Origin: a virus | Lineage: Duplodnaviria; Caudoviricetes | DNA: 64,000 nt | Reading direction: 5' to 3' (one strand) | IMG/VR virus record: IMGVR_UViG_3300029305_004466 | Shown here: positions 37,398 to 47,029 of the stretch, piece by piece | Position numbering within the stretch: the stretch's first letter is position 1 | Layout: each line of letters starts with the position of its first letter | The notes under the pieces: model-generated | What the model saw: the letters and a program-made list of their open reading frames with translations, nothing else | Databases searched by the model: none | Told to the model about the DNA's origin: nothing | Made by a program: the position numbers and the translations under genes

Positions 37398-39794
37398 ATG
37401 AAAATACTTCATATAACAGATTCCCATGGTACGGTTAAATCTCCAGAAAGCCGTACCGATTTATATTATTTGACATTCTTAAGAAAGTTTGCAGAAATTA
37501 CTTATGCAGTTAAATTGCATAAGATAGACATGGTTCTCCATACAGGAGACTTGTTCCATACTTCCAGAGTGTCTAATAAGTTTATGGGACAAGTGGCTGA
37601 AATAATTAAAGGATGGGGAGTACCATTCTATGTTGTTCCGGGTAATCATGATATTGATGGATATACAATAGATACCATTGACCAAACTAGCTTAGGATTA
37701 TTAGCTAAGACTGGAACATTAACATTACTTACTAGAGATAATCCAATAAGATTAACAGAAAAACAGAACGGGCAAACCTTTACCGTTGCTATCTCAGGAC
37801 AGGAATACTATTCTGAAATTGATACTGGCAATGAATCGGATTTTGAAATGCAACAGGATGAAGCTGATATGAATATTTTAGCTATTCATGGTTATATAGC
37901 TGATACAAAACAGCATCCTAATATCAGATGTACTTACCCTAAGGATATTATTACAGATGCAGACATAATCTTATCTGGACATTATCATAGGTCTTTTGTT
38001 ATGGATGTAGGTGATACAGCTTATTATAATCCGGGTTCTATGCTTCGTGTAGAAATGACAGAGTATAACAAAACTCATACTCCTCAGTATGGTGTACTTG
38101 AAATAGAACTTGATAATCAGGGTTATGTAGTCTATGACTATAAATTCCATCAGTTCAGAGTTGCAAAACCAAGTACAACGGTATTTGATTATAATTCTGC
38201 AACAGCTGTTAAAAAGCATAGTATTACTTTGGAGAATTTTAAGACAAGTATTGCTAATACAATGCAAAGCATTAATGTTAATCTGGGTGTGACTCCATTA
38301 GGTACTATCACTAATACAGTTATAGATTACTGTACAGCACAGAATTACGATGCATTTCATACAGATAGGTTAAAAGCCAGTGCAGCTATATTATATAACA
38401 ATGCGTCCGTACAAACAGCAGATGAAGATGCTATTGCAACTAAAGGTTTTGTACCGTCTAATGTTCCTGTCAAACTTAAAAGCATTGACATAGAAAACTT
38501 CCAGTCACACGAAAATACCCATGTAGACTTCAATTCTGGGCTGAATGTTATTGTAGGTGAGTCTAACAATGGTAAGACAAGTATTCTTCGTGCAATAGAT
38601 TGGGTTACAGACAATCAACCATTAGGTACAGATTTTATTATGACAGGTAAGAATTACTGTAAGGTAAGAATTACTTATGATAATGATACCTTTATTGAAA
38701 GATATAGAACCTTAAAGGATACAGGTTATTATCGTGTTGGCGTTATTCAGAATGGACAGGAAACTTATCAGGAATATAAAGGTTTTACGAACAATGTTCC
38801 TGTAGAAGTAATGAATGTTCATCAGATGCCTAAAATATGTGTTACAAAAAGTATTGAAACTCATTTGAATAAGATGAGCCAGTTAGAAAGACCATTCTTA
38901 ATAACTGATAATACTAATGAAAAGGCAGCCGCCATTGGTAAGATAACAGGAACGGATATCATTGATACGGCTATTAAAAATGTTTCTTCTGAAATAGCTT
39001 CAGATAAGAAAGTAATAAAGGCAAATATCAAATTAAAAGAAGACTTTGAGGCTACTTTGATTGATATAAATCCTGTAATAGCAAAACAAGAATTCTATAA
39101 GAGAGCTATAAATGTAAATACAAGACTTCATGATTTGCACACTAAGGCACAAGTAATTCATACTGATAGAATTATTTGCAATGATGCTATTAGTAATTGT
39201 ACCAAGACTATAAATAATCTCAAAGTGATTTTGGATAAAACACAAGATGTACATGATGCAGAATTATTAAGAGATAAAATCGTTAACATGATGGACATCT
39301 TAAAAGACCATAATTGGCACAATAAGACCATTAATGAATTAAACGATAAAATAGTCGTCTGCACTAATATAGTGGCACAGGAAGACGTTCTGGTGGCTTG
39401 TAGCCATATCATTGATAAGGTAAAGATACTTCTTAAGCTTTATAGTAATAATATTGCTAATAGAAAGCTTATCGAAGAAGCAAAGAACACCATTGCTAAC
39501 CTGTCTAATATTACTCAAGATATGGAACAATTAGATGCACAGCAAGAAAACATTATGAAAATGATTCAGGGAATAAGAATATATTCTCGTGTCTTGGATA
39601 CGCAAAGCAAAATTCAAGAAGCTCAAGATGATTCTTCCAATGCTTTATTAATAATTGGAGGGTTGGAATCTGAATTAAATGGAATAGAAAATGATATGCA
39701 AGAATTTGTCTTATCCAATAAGATTTGTCCTTGTTGTGGACAAAAGATAACAACTGAAAACGTAACAAGCATTATTAATAATTTTAGGAGGTAG
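37398..39794 (+). CDS. SbcD/Mre11 nuclease fused to the N-terminal half of SbcC/Rad50
   Basis: TDSH, GDLFH, GNHD, GHYH phosphoesterase motifs; IENFQSH, Walker A GESNNGKT; coiled coil; terminal zinc hook CPCCGQ. Confidence 0.9.
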   Translation: MKILHITDSHGTVKSPESRTDLYYLTFLRKFAEITYAVKLHKIDMVLHTGDLFHTSRVSNKFMGQVAEIIKGWGVPFYVVPGNHDIDGYTIDTIDQTSLGLLAKTGTLTLLTRDNPIRLTEKQNGQTFTVAISGQEYYSEIDTGNESDFEMQQDEADMNILAIHGYIADTKQHPNIRCTYPKDIITDADIILSGHYHRSFVMDVGDTAYYNPGSMLRVEMTEYNKTHTPQYGVLEIELDNQGYVVYDYKFHQFRVAKPSTTVFDYNSATAVKKHSITLENFKTSIANTMQSINVNLGVTPLGTITNTVIDYCTAQNYDAFHTDRLKASAAILYNNASVQTADEDAIATKGFVPSNVPVKLKSIDIENFQSHENTHVDFNSGLNVIVGESNNGKTSILRAIDWVTDNQPLGTDFIMTGKNYCKVRITYDNDTFIERYRTLKDTGYYRVGVIQNGQETYQEYKGFTNNVPVEVMNVHQMPKICVTKSIETHLNKMSQLERPFLITDNTNEKAAAIGKITGTDIIDTAIKNVSSEIASDKKVIKANIKLKEDFEATLIDINPVIAKQEFYKRAINVNTRLHDLHTKAQVIHTDRIICNDAISNCTKTINNLKVILDKTQDVHDAELLRDKIVNMMDILKDHNWHNKTINELNDKIVVCTNIVAQEDVLVACSHIIDKVKILLKLYSNNIANRKLIEEAKNTIANLSNITQDMEQLDAQQENIMKMIQGIRIYSRVLDTQSKIQEAQDDSSNALLIIGGLESELNGIENDMQEFVLSNKICPCCGQKITTENVTSIINNFRR

Positions 39795-39796
39795 CT

Positions 39797-40102
39797 ATGT
39801 TAAATATACAGGAGTATGAAACTCAGTTAAAAATGTATAGCAATCAGATAAACACAAAGAAAATGGAAATTAACAATGCAAAAGAAGCTCTTATTGTAGC
39901 CCAGACTCAGTTACAGAGTTATGAAAAACAGGCTAAGGAGTTAGAGCAGGAATGCTTGAATTTAACAGGTAGACCAATCGAAGAGCTTGAACAGATACTT
40001 AGTGATAGCTTAAGCCAGTTACAGGGGCTCATAGCAACTATCACTTCAGTTTCAAATGATGAGATGACACCAGAAGAACTCGCAGGACTTTATACTAATT
40101 AG
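39797..40102 (+). CDS. Short coiled-coil protein (likely piece of the split SbcC)
   Basis: Heptad pattern; lies between the two SbcC halves. Confidence 0.7.
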   Translation: MLNIQEYETQLKMYSNQINTKKMEINNAKEALIVAQTQLQSYEKQAKELEQECLNLTGRPIEELEQILSDSLSQLQGLIATITSVSNDEMTPEELAGLYTN

Positions 40103-40113
40103 GAGGTGACGAT

Positions 40114-40836
40114 ATGCAATCATTTGCAGATGTATCCTCTTTTCTGATGGACCAGATACAGATATGTGATAATATTATAAATACTCACAACAATACAAAA
40201 TCCCAGATTGCAAATTTACAAAAGAACATAACCTCAACCGAAGAAAATATAAAGATTAACGAAGAATTGAGTGCGATACTTATTGATTCCGCTAAGATAA
40301 TGCGTGATAAAGCAAAGGCACACTTTGAAAAGATTGTTACCGATGCTTTACAGTTTGTATCTCAGGATAGTACATGTAAGTTTGTAATAGAAGAAAGTAT
40401 GGTAAGAGGCAAACCTGCATATGAATTCTATATAGAAACCATTGTAAATGGTGAAGTGTGTAGAAAGAAGCCAGAAGAATCTTGCGGTGGTGGTTTTATT
40501 GATATTATTTCTGTTACCGCTAAGGTAGCTTATCTTAAGATATATAACAATCCTAAGATAATGAATTACTGTTTCTTTATGGATGAGCCGGGTAAAATGA
40601 TTTCGGAACAAATGTCTGTTAAGTTTGCAGAATATATTAAGTTCTTAGGTAAGCAATTTGGTTTACAAATCATTATGGTAACTCATAATGAAAATATTTC
40701 TGTTGTTGCAGATGAAACCTTTGTAGTTACTAAGAACAGAAGTGGTATTAGCACTGTATCTTCAGCGGTTAATTTATCAACATCCAATATTACAGAAGAT
40801 ATACAAAACATTCTCAAGGAGGAAGAAAATGAGTGA
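40114..40836 (+). CDS. C-terminal half of SbcC/Rad50 ABC-ATPase
   Basis: Coiled coil, signature SCGGG, Walker B FFMDEP, H-loop MVTH. Confidence 0.88.
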   Translation: MQSFADVSSFLMDQIQICDNIINTHNNTKSQIANLQKNITSTEENIKINEELSAILIDSAKIMRDKAKAHFEKIVTDALQFVSQDSTCKFVIEESMVRGKPAYEFYIETIVNGEVCRKKPEESCGGGFIDIISVTAKVAYLKIYNNPKIMNYCFFMDEPGKMISEQMSVKFAEYIKFLGKQFGLQIIMVTHNENISVVADETFVVTKNRSGISTVSSAVNLSTSNITEDIQNILKEEENE

Positions 40837-41563
40837 TATTATAAAATTGTCCATTGAAAGTGGAGAGTATAGCGTATCTGTAACATTGCCAGAAAAAGAA
40901 TTCGTTTTAATGAATCTGGGTGTTGTAATGGGAACACTCAAAAAGAGTTTGCTTGTTATAAAAGGTGAAGAACGTGCAGAAGAAACTCCTGTTACGCCTC
41001 AACCTAAAAAGATAGAAGCCCCAAGAAATGACGAATTCAGAATCCGTGAAAGAATTCCTAATAATGTCGTAGACGTTCAGACTCTTGACGTTAAGCAGGC
41101 AGTAACAGAAAAAGCATTAGTACGTTGTCCTCACTGTGGACAGGCACATTGTTTAGCCGTTAATGCGGGTAGTAAAGTATACTTAATGGAAAAGGATTTA
41201 AAAGAAAATGATTTTAATATCATTGCAGAATACGATTCCTTAACCTGCGAAGATTTTGCTAACGTATGTTGTGAACCAGAAACAGATAGGCTTGCATATT
41301 TCAACGATTTACAAAACGTTGAACCTTTTATTGATAACAATGACTTTGTTGTGAATAATGATTCGGAAGTATTCTGTCCTGTATGTTGTGAATCCGATAC
41401 GTTCTTAAACTGGAAGAAAGCATACGAGACTCCATTAGAATTCTTTGAAACAGAACATTTATGTGATGTATGTGGTGGAGAAACTATTACTAAAGTAGTT
41501 AAAAAACAAAAGATAAATAAATGTGAAAAATGTGGTTATGAAACGCCTTATAAGGAGGATTAG
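40829..41563 (+). CDS. Multi-Zn-ribbon hypothetical protein
   Basis: CPHC, CPVC, CDVC, CEKC; ATG 40829 after AAGGAGG. Confidence 0.8.
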   Translation: MSDIIKLSIESGEYSVSVTLPEKEFVLMNLGVVMGTLKKSLLVIKGEERAEETPVTPQPKKIEAPRNDEFRIRERIPNNVVDVQTLDVKQAVTEKALVRCPHCGQAHCLAVNAGSKVYLMEKDLKENDFNIIAEYDSLTCEDFANVCCEPETDRLAYFNDLQNVEPFIDNNDFVVNNDSEVFCPVCCESDTFLNWKKAYETPLEFFETEHLCDVCGGETITKVVKKQKINKCEKCGYETPYKED

Positions 41564-41564
41564 A

Positions 41565-41792
41565 ATGAAGACTCCTCAATATATTATCAAAGATATTGAA
41601 AATGGTTATATAATAAAATGGAGAACAACAAATAAGATAATTTTATTTGACTCTCAAGAAGAAGCAGAAAAATATATAGACCGTTTTAGTCGTGGTAATT
41701 ATGAAATATGTAAAGGAATTTATTTTTTGCATGATTCAATTAATTATAAGGATGTTTTAAAAAAGGAACTTAGAGAATTGGAGGAAGATTAA
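41565..41792 (+). CDS. Hypothetical protein
   Basis: AAGGAGG RBS, ATG 41565. Confidence 0.7.
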   Translation: MKTPQYIIKDIENGYIIKWRTTNKIILFDSQEEAEKYIDRFSRGNYEICKGIYFLHDSINYKDVLKKELRELEED

Positions 41793-41793
41793 T

Positions 41794-42093
41794 ATGGCTA
41801 GAACATTACAAGAAGTATTAGACACTGATTTATCAGCAGACAAGATGGGAGATATTACTCCGAATGAACTTGCAAACTTTTTAGTTGACAACGGTATCGT
41901 AAAAACTCCGGGTGATGTTAACAGACTTGTCATTGAAGGCATTCAGAGAGCACTGAAGGACGATGACGAATTCCCTATCAGATATTATTCTAAAGATGAA
42001 GAAATGTCTGAAAAAGGCAAGATTGTAGAGAATCCGGGTGAAATGTTAACAGATGAATTGGTTAACACTATGAAGGGAACAAATCTCTGCTAA
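41794..42093 (+). CDS. Hypothetical protein
   Basis: GGAGG RBS. Confidence 0.75.
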   Translation: MARTLQEVLDTDLSADKMGDITPNELANFLVDNGIVKTPGDVNRLVIEGIQRALKDDDEFPIRYYSKDEEMSEKGKIVENPGEMLTDELVNTMKGTNLC

Positions 42094-42107
42094 TACGTTT
42101 ATAAAAT

Positions 42108-42126
42108 ATTTTCCCTTCGGGAAAAT
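42108..42126. promoter_or_regulatory. Recurrent mini-hairpin ATTTTCCC-TTC-GGGAAAAT (copy 3)
   Basis: Intergenic, upstream of dnaG. Confidence 0.55.
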
Positions 42127-42153
42127 CATAGTTATTTTTAATGGAGGCATGGC

Positions 42154-43365
42154 ATGGACATTAACATCGAAGAACTTAAAGTTGCTGCCCCTATTATAGA
42201 CTATGTTGAAAAATTCTATCCAAACATGATACGCTTTGTAGAAAAGTCTTCGAACTGCTGCAAAGCGTATTGTATTTGGCATCAAGATACTGATAGTCCA
42301 TCTCTTGCATTTTTTGCAAATGGTTCTTATAAGTGTTTTGGGTGTGGTGAGCACGGGGACATTATAGCTTTAGTAATGAAACTTGAAAACGTAGGATTTT
42401 TAGAGGCTTGTAAAATAATAGGTGACAATGTTGGGTATGAGGTAATACTAACTCCCCCAAATCCGTATCACGAAGCCTACAAGGATACAATGGATAACCA
42501 TTCCAGAAGATATTGGTATAACTTTCAGATGAATGATTATGCCAAAGAGTATATGATGGTAAACAGAGGGTTGACCAAGGAAACTCTTAATTTATTCCGT
42601 ATAGGCTTAACGGATACTAATGAATATCTATATCGAAAAGACATAGGAAATATATCTTCAAGAATATCTTTCCCAATTCTTGAAAATAAAATTCATAACC
42701 CTAAATGTATTGCAATGGGTTATCGTACACTGAAAGATGAAAAGCCAAAATATATAAATGATTGTAATCAAGAAGGAAAGCCAAATCAAGACCCTAATGT
42801 TGCAGGTGTATTTACTAAGGGTAATGTTTTATACGGCTATCCAATGGCATGTCAATCAATAAGAAAAAACAATTATGCTATCTTAACTGAAGGCTATGTT
42901 GATGTACTGTCAATGCATCAAGCGGGTCTTACAAATACTGTATCCACTATGGGGACGGCAGTTACCGAAACACAAGTACTCTTGTTAAAGAATTTAACAA
43001 AAAATATTATCTTGATACTTGATTCAGATAAGGCAGGGATAAATGCAATGTTAAAAGTTCTGCCATTATTATTTAAACATGGATTAAATGTAAAGATATG
43101 TACTTTGGATAAAGGTATGGACCCAGCTGATTTATGTTTGAAATATGATTTCAATCATAATAAGATAGCAAATATTATTAAAGAAAATACAATTCAGGCA
43201 GAAATGTTTTTAATTAATTCCTCTGTAGCTGCTTACGAATCTTATGTAGTGGCAGAAAGAAAAAGAATAATCGAAAATATCATGCCTATTTTTAATGTCA
43301 TGGAAAACAGCATAAGTAAAAACATTTATATTGATACATTGCTAAAACGAATTGACATGAAATAA
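42154..43365 (+). CDS. dnaG: DnaG-type primase
   Basis: CHC2 Zn finger (CIWH..CFGC), PKYIN, TOPRIM EGYVD and DSDKAG, DPAD. Confidence 0.95.
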   Translation: MDINIEELKVAAPIIDYVEKFYPNMIRFVEKSSNCCKAYCIWHQDTDSPSLAFFANGSYKCFGCGEHGDIIALVMKLENVGFLEACKIIGDNVGYEVILTPPNPYHEAYKDTMDNHSRRYWYNFQMNDYAKEYMMVNRGLTKETLNLFRIGLTDTNEYLYRKDIGNISSRISFPILENKIHNPKCIAMGYRTLKDEKPKYINDCNQEGKPNQDPNVAGVFTKGNVLYGYPMACQSIRKNNYAILTEGYVDVLSMHQAGLTNTVSTMGTAVTETQVLLLKNLTKNIILILDSDKAGINAMLKVLPLLFKHGLNVKICTLDKGMDPADLCLKYDFNHNKIANIIKENTIQAEMFLINSSVAAYESYVVAERKRIIENIMPIFNVMENSISKNIYIDTLLKRIDMK

Positions 43366-43385
43366 AAAGAATAGGAGGTAAGTAT

Positions 43386-43664
43386 ATGCTATTTAACGTA
43401 GATTACAGCAAAGAAGAGGGTAACGTATTTATTTCGGCAGATGACGGAAGTAGTGGTGCAACATATAAAGTAGATAAAGACGATGTAATAAGAAGTATTG
43501 CAATCGCTTTAGAAACTTATATAGAAAATTACTATGCAGAAGAAATAGGAGGACAAGGTATGGAATTTAAAGGCTTTACTTTAGAACCAGTTTACAATGA
43601 AAATGGTGAAGAAGCATATCAGCAGTACACCATGAATTTTGAGGAGGTCAAAACAAATGAATGA
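43386..43664 (+). CDS. Hypothetical protein
   Basis: AGGAGGT RBS. Confidence 0.7.
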   Translation: MLFNVDYSKEEGNVFISADDGSSGATYKVDKDDVIRSIAIALETYIENYYAEEIGGQGMEFKGFTLEPVYNENGEEAYQQYTMNFEEVKTNE

Positions 43665-44661
43665 TGAAAAAGAATTAAGTAAAGTTTTACGAGAAAGCGG
43701 GAAAATTAATCAGGACGAAAATGTAAGGGTAGTATCTCTTGATGATACTTTTAAGTTTAACTGTGTTCGTTGTGGTAAATGCTGTAGCGGCAGAAGCGAT
43801 ATTATTTTAACACCATTTGATATATATCAGATTGCTAAAGCATTGGGAATTACTACAAAAGAGGTTATCAATAATTATTGTAATGTTTTATACGGGAATA
43901 ATTCCGGCTTGCCTTTGGTAACTCTTGCAAGTGATGAAAGAGATTTATGCCCATTCTTACAGTTTTCTGTTACAGAAGGTAAGTTTGGCTGTTCTATCAA
44001 TACTCATAAGCCGGGAGTATGTATCATGCATCCAGTCGGAGCTGTAAGAAAGTTTGATGTGGATACAAAAGAAAAGTACGAAAAGCAATTCATGTTGGTT
44101 CCTGCTTGTGATAACAATACTGCTGATGTAGAACATAAGGTAAGAGATTTTATTAAGCCTTATCTTGATAATGAGGCTGAACATGACGCAGGCTCTTTAT
44201 TACAATTTGAAATTGGCAAGTACATTGACACAAGAAAGATGTTAAAAATTGTGATTGAACCTGATGAAGAGTATATTGAGAACAAGCTTACGGCAGAAGA
44301 AAAAGAAAGTCTTAAAGCTGTTTCTCCACTCATGAGAGGCTTATTCGTAAGTACTTATATAGCTTCTTCCATAAAAACAGCTTATATGTTTGATACAGAT
44401 AAGAGTTTCATGGAACAGATTGATAATGTAAAGCAAGGCATAAGATTAAACGCTTTAAATGCATTGAGTACTGTTAATATGGCTACTGGTGTTGATTTTA
44501 AAGCAAATACATTCCCAGAAGAAGCGGAAGATGATTTAAAGCTTGTGAGCGATATGCTCGACAAACATTCTAAAGAAGCTAATCCAGAAGATGTTAAGGA
44601 ATTTGTAAATCACTTTTTAGAAAAGATTAAAAATAAAGTGGAGGATAAAAAGAATGATTGA
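43657..44661 (+). CDS. YkgJ-family Cys-cluster (Zn/Fe-chelating) protein
   Basis: FNCVRCGKCC, CPFL, CSI..KPGVC..HP. Confidence 0.85.
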   Translation: MNDEKELSKVLRESGKINQDENVRVVSLDDTFKFNCVRCGKCCSGRSDIILTPFDIYQIAKALGITTKEVINNYCNVLYGNNSGLPLVTLASDERDLCPFLQFSVTEGKFGCSINTHKPGVCIMHPVGAVRKFDVDTKEKYEKQFMLVPACDNNTADVEHKVRDFIKPYLDNEAEHDAGSLLQFEIGKYIDTRKMLKIVIEPDEEYIENKLTAEEKESLKAVSPLMRGLFVSTYIASSIKTAYMFDTDKSFMEQIDNVKQGIRLNALNALSTVNMATGVDFKANTFPEEAEDDLKLVSDMLDKHSKEANPEDVKEFVNHFLEKIKNKVEDKKND

Positions 44662-45022
44662 TATCAAAGACGTTGAACAGGTTATTGCACTTACAGATGA
44701 AATCAAAAAGCTCGAAGCAAGAAAAAAGGTATTAACCGATAATTTAAAAACAGAAATGCTTGCTTCTGGTCAGGATACCATTACTCATAATGGTAGCAAG
44801 ATTCAGCTGATTAGTACAACAAGAACTTCTGTTAAGAAAGGCATGAAGGATAAGTTATTAATGTTCTTAAAGAACAAAAAGTTAGATTCCTGCATTGTTC
44901 TTAATCCAGATATTGATAAAGACAATCTGGAAACAGAAATTAATGTTGGCAATGTAACTCAGGCTGAATTAAATCAGTATATGAACTTCACAGAAGTAAA
45001 TTCTATTCGGGTGACTTTATAA
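44654..45022 (+). CDS. Hypothetical phage protein
   Basis: GGAGG RBS. Confidence 0.75.
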   Translation: MIDIKDVEQVIALTDEIKKLEARKKVLTDNLKTEMLASGQDTITHNGSKIQLISTTRTSVKKGMKDKLLMFLKNKKLDSCIVLNPDIDKDNLETEINVGNVTQAELNQYMNFTEVNSIRVTL

Positions 45023-45585
45023 TGGGATTTCAAGAGTATTTAAATGGTTTAGATGCAAAAGAAAGAGAATATGCTACTAGTTTTTTCAATAGAAAAGAGT
45101 ATATAGAACATATTAACTCTGTAGCGATAAATAATTCAAATGAAATAATTGCATCAGGCAAAGGTAATTGTAATTCAAAGATAGCAGTAATTTGTGATAG
45201 TTATACTAACTTAGATATTGTCACTAAATTTGTTAAGCCAATGTTTGAAAGTATAAACACAAGCATGTGGAATATATACATTACGTCTATTAAAAAATCT
45301 GAATGTGATAACTCTCAATTATGGAGCGAAATGATACAGCATGAATTAAATGCTGTATCTCCACTCTTTAGTTTTATGTTTGTTGATAACAAACAAAGCT
45401 TTATGGAAGAAGAATATGTTGTTTTTAATAAAACATTACCAGTAGTATATATCAATTTAGATGATGTAAAATACGTATTAGATAAAGATAATTTCAAAAC
45501 AGAAAGGTATATTCAAATAATGAGCAATCTTCATAAATATGTATTGAAACTTATCCAGTATAGAGAAATAGAAATTTTAGAATAG
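45022..45585 (+). CDS. Highly degenerate UDG-fold-like protein
   Basis: GKGNCNSKIAVI, NIYITSIKK, QHELNAVSP resemble UDG family 4 segments. Confidence 0.5.
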   Translation: MGFQEYLNGLDAKEREYATSFFNRKEYIEHINSVAINNSNEIIASGKGNCNSKIAVICDSYTNLDIVTKFVKPMFESINTSMWNIYITSIKKSECDNSQLWSEMIQHELNAVSPLFSFMFVDNKQSFMEEEYVVFNKTLPVVYINLDDVKYVLDKDNFKTERYIQIMSNLHKYVLKLIQYREIEILE

Positions 45586-45595
45586 GAGAAGTATT

Positions 45596-46183
45596 ATGGA
45601 AAACACTCAGGTAAATAATGCACAACCACAGTCAAATGTAGTGCAGTTTGACCCATCTAGAGTTTCAAGAACGTATACAAGCTCTCAGTGGACTATGAAA
45701 GAAGATTGGTATGTAAATAAAGTTGCCAACCTTACTATTCCGCTGTCCCCTACACCTGCCGATATCGGTAATGTTGCAAATAACTTAGAAAGTTTGCTTT
45801 CATTAGCAAGACTCGACATGTCATTCATTGAACAGTCTTATGATAAATTCGAACTGTTATATAAGCTTCAGGAGAAGATTATATACAATGAATTGGACAA
45901 ATATAATATCGGTGTAGCTCAGGGGCAGAAACTTACTGTAGCTGAACGTGAAGGCTATGCGGCAAGTATCTTAAAGAACACGCCTTGGGATGGTGGACAG
46001 TTATCCTTATTTGATTTAAGAATGTTAAGTCGCTCAAGATACACATTCATGGAAGGTGTTATCAAGACGTTAACAGATAAAAAGGATTTACTGATTACTC
46101 ATTCTTCTGTTATTAAGACAGAGGCAAGTCTTAATGGAATGGGTAATTCAGTCCCAAATAATAATGGATACAGGAGGAATTAA
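45596..46183 (+). CDS. Helical protein, UvsY-like recombination mediator candidate
   Basis: Long helices, KLTVAERE motif; contains QLSLF. Confidence 0.55.
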   Translation: MENTQVNNAQPQSNVVQFDPSRVSRTYTSSQWTMKEDWYVNKVANLTIPLSPTPADIGNVANNLESLLSLARLDMSFIEQSYDKFELLYKLQEKIIYNELDKYNIGVAQGQKLTVAEREGYAASILKNTPWDGGQLSLFDLRMLSRSRYTFMEGVIKTLTDKKDLLITHSSVIKTEASLNGMGNSVPNNNGYRRN

Positions 46184-46184
46184 A

Positions 46185-46457
46185 ATGGCAAGAGAATTTA
46201 AGCCGGGAGACATTATTGGGCATTTCAAAAGAGATTTATGCACTGAACAGGAAAGACAGCAAAATAAATATCTTTATGAAGTTATTGGTACAGCAACACA
46301 TTCAGAAACAAAAGAACAGATGCTTGTTTATAAAGCTCTATATGCACCTTTTGAAATATATGTACGTCCATTAGAAATGGCAATGAGTAAAACAGATAAA
46401 GAAAAATATCCTGAAGCAACACAGGAATATCGTCTTGAAGTATATCATTTCTTTTAA
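46185..46457 (+). CDS. DUF1653 family protein
   Basis: HFK..YEVIGTATHSETKE..VYKALY..YVRP. Confidence 0.85.
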   Translation: MAREFKPGDIIGHFKRDLCTEQERQQNKYLYEVIGTATHSETKEQMLVYKALYAPFEIYVRPLEMAMSKTDKEKYPEATQEYRLEVYHFF

Positions 46458-46468
46458 GGAGAGTTAAT

Positions 46469-47017
46469 ATGTCTTGTGAATATGAAAGTTCATGCCTTAA
46501 TTCAAATAAATGTTTCAGATGTTATAATCAGTCTTTATTGAAATTAAAGCATGAAAAACGTAAATCATATGCAAGTCAGTCTACTCAGAAAGATAGAGCA
46601 AAAAAGGATTCATGGAAATGCTTAGAGCAGGATGTTGCTAATAAGCTTAACCAAGTTCCTACAATATCAGAGGCACGTAGAAGTCGTGCCTCTGGTGCTC
46701 TATGGTTTGAGAAAGGCGATATTGTAGATGATATTCTTCATCCAGAATGTAAAGAAAGAACCGCAAGTGAACTTAAGTCTGGAGAACACAGCATGAGCAT
46801 TAAACGAGAATGGCTTGAAAAAGCAAAAGAGGAATGTTCTCGTAATGATAAAACTATGTGTCTTCCGTTCAGATTCAAAGAAGATGAAAACATCTATTGC
46901 ATTTTTGAAATGAATGATATTGCAGATTTAGTTACAACAATGAAAGCTTACATAAAAGATAATGAGCTTAAAGAAGCAGAAATTAAAAGATTGCAAAAAC
47001 TTCTTAATGAGAAGTAA
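46469..47017 (+). CDS. PD-(D/E)XK nuclease, Holliday-junction resolvase-like
   Basis: E..VA, SGA..KGDI, ECK. Confidence 0.7.
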   Translation: MSCEYESSCLNSNKCFRCYNQSLLKLKHEKRKSYASQSTQKDRAKKDSWKCLEQDVANKLNQVPTISEARRSRASGALWFEKGDIVDDILHPECKERTASELKSGEHSMSIKREWLEKAKEECSRNDKTMCLPFRFKEDENIYCIFEMNDIADLVTTMKAYIKDNELKEAEIKRLQKLLNEK

Positions 47018-47029
47018 TCGGGAGGTATT

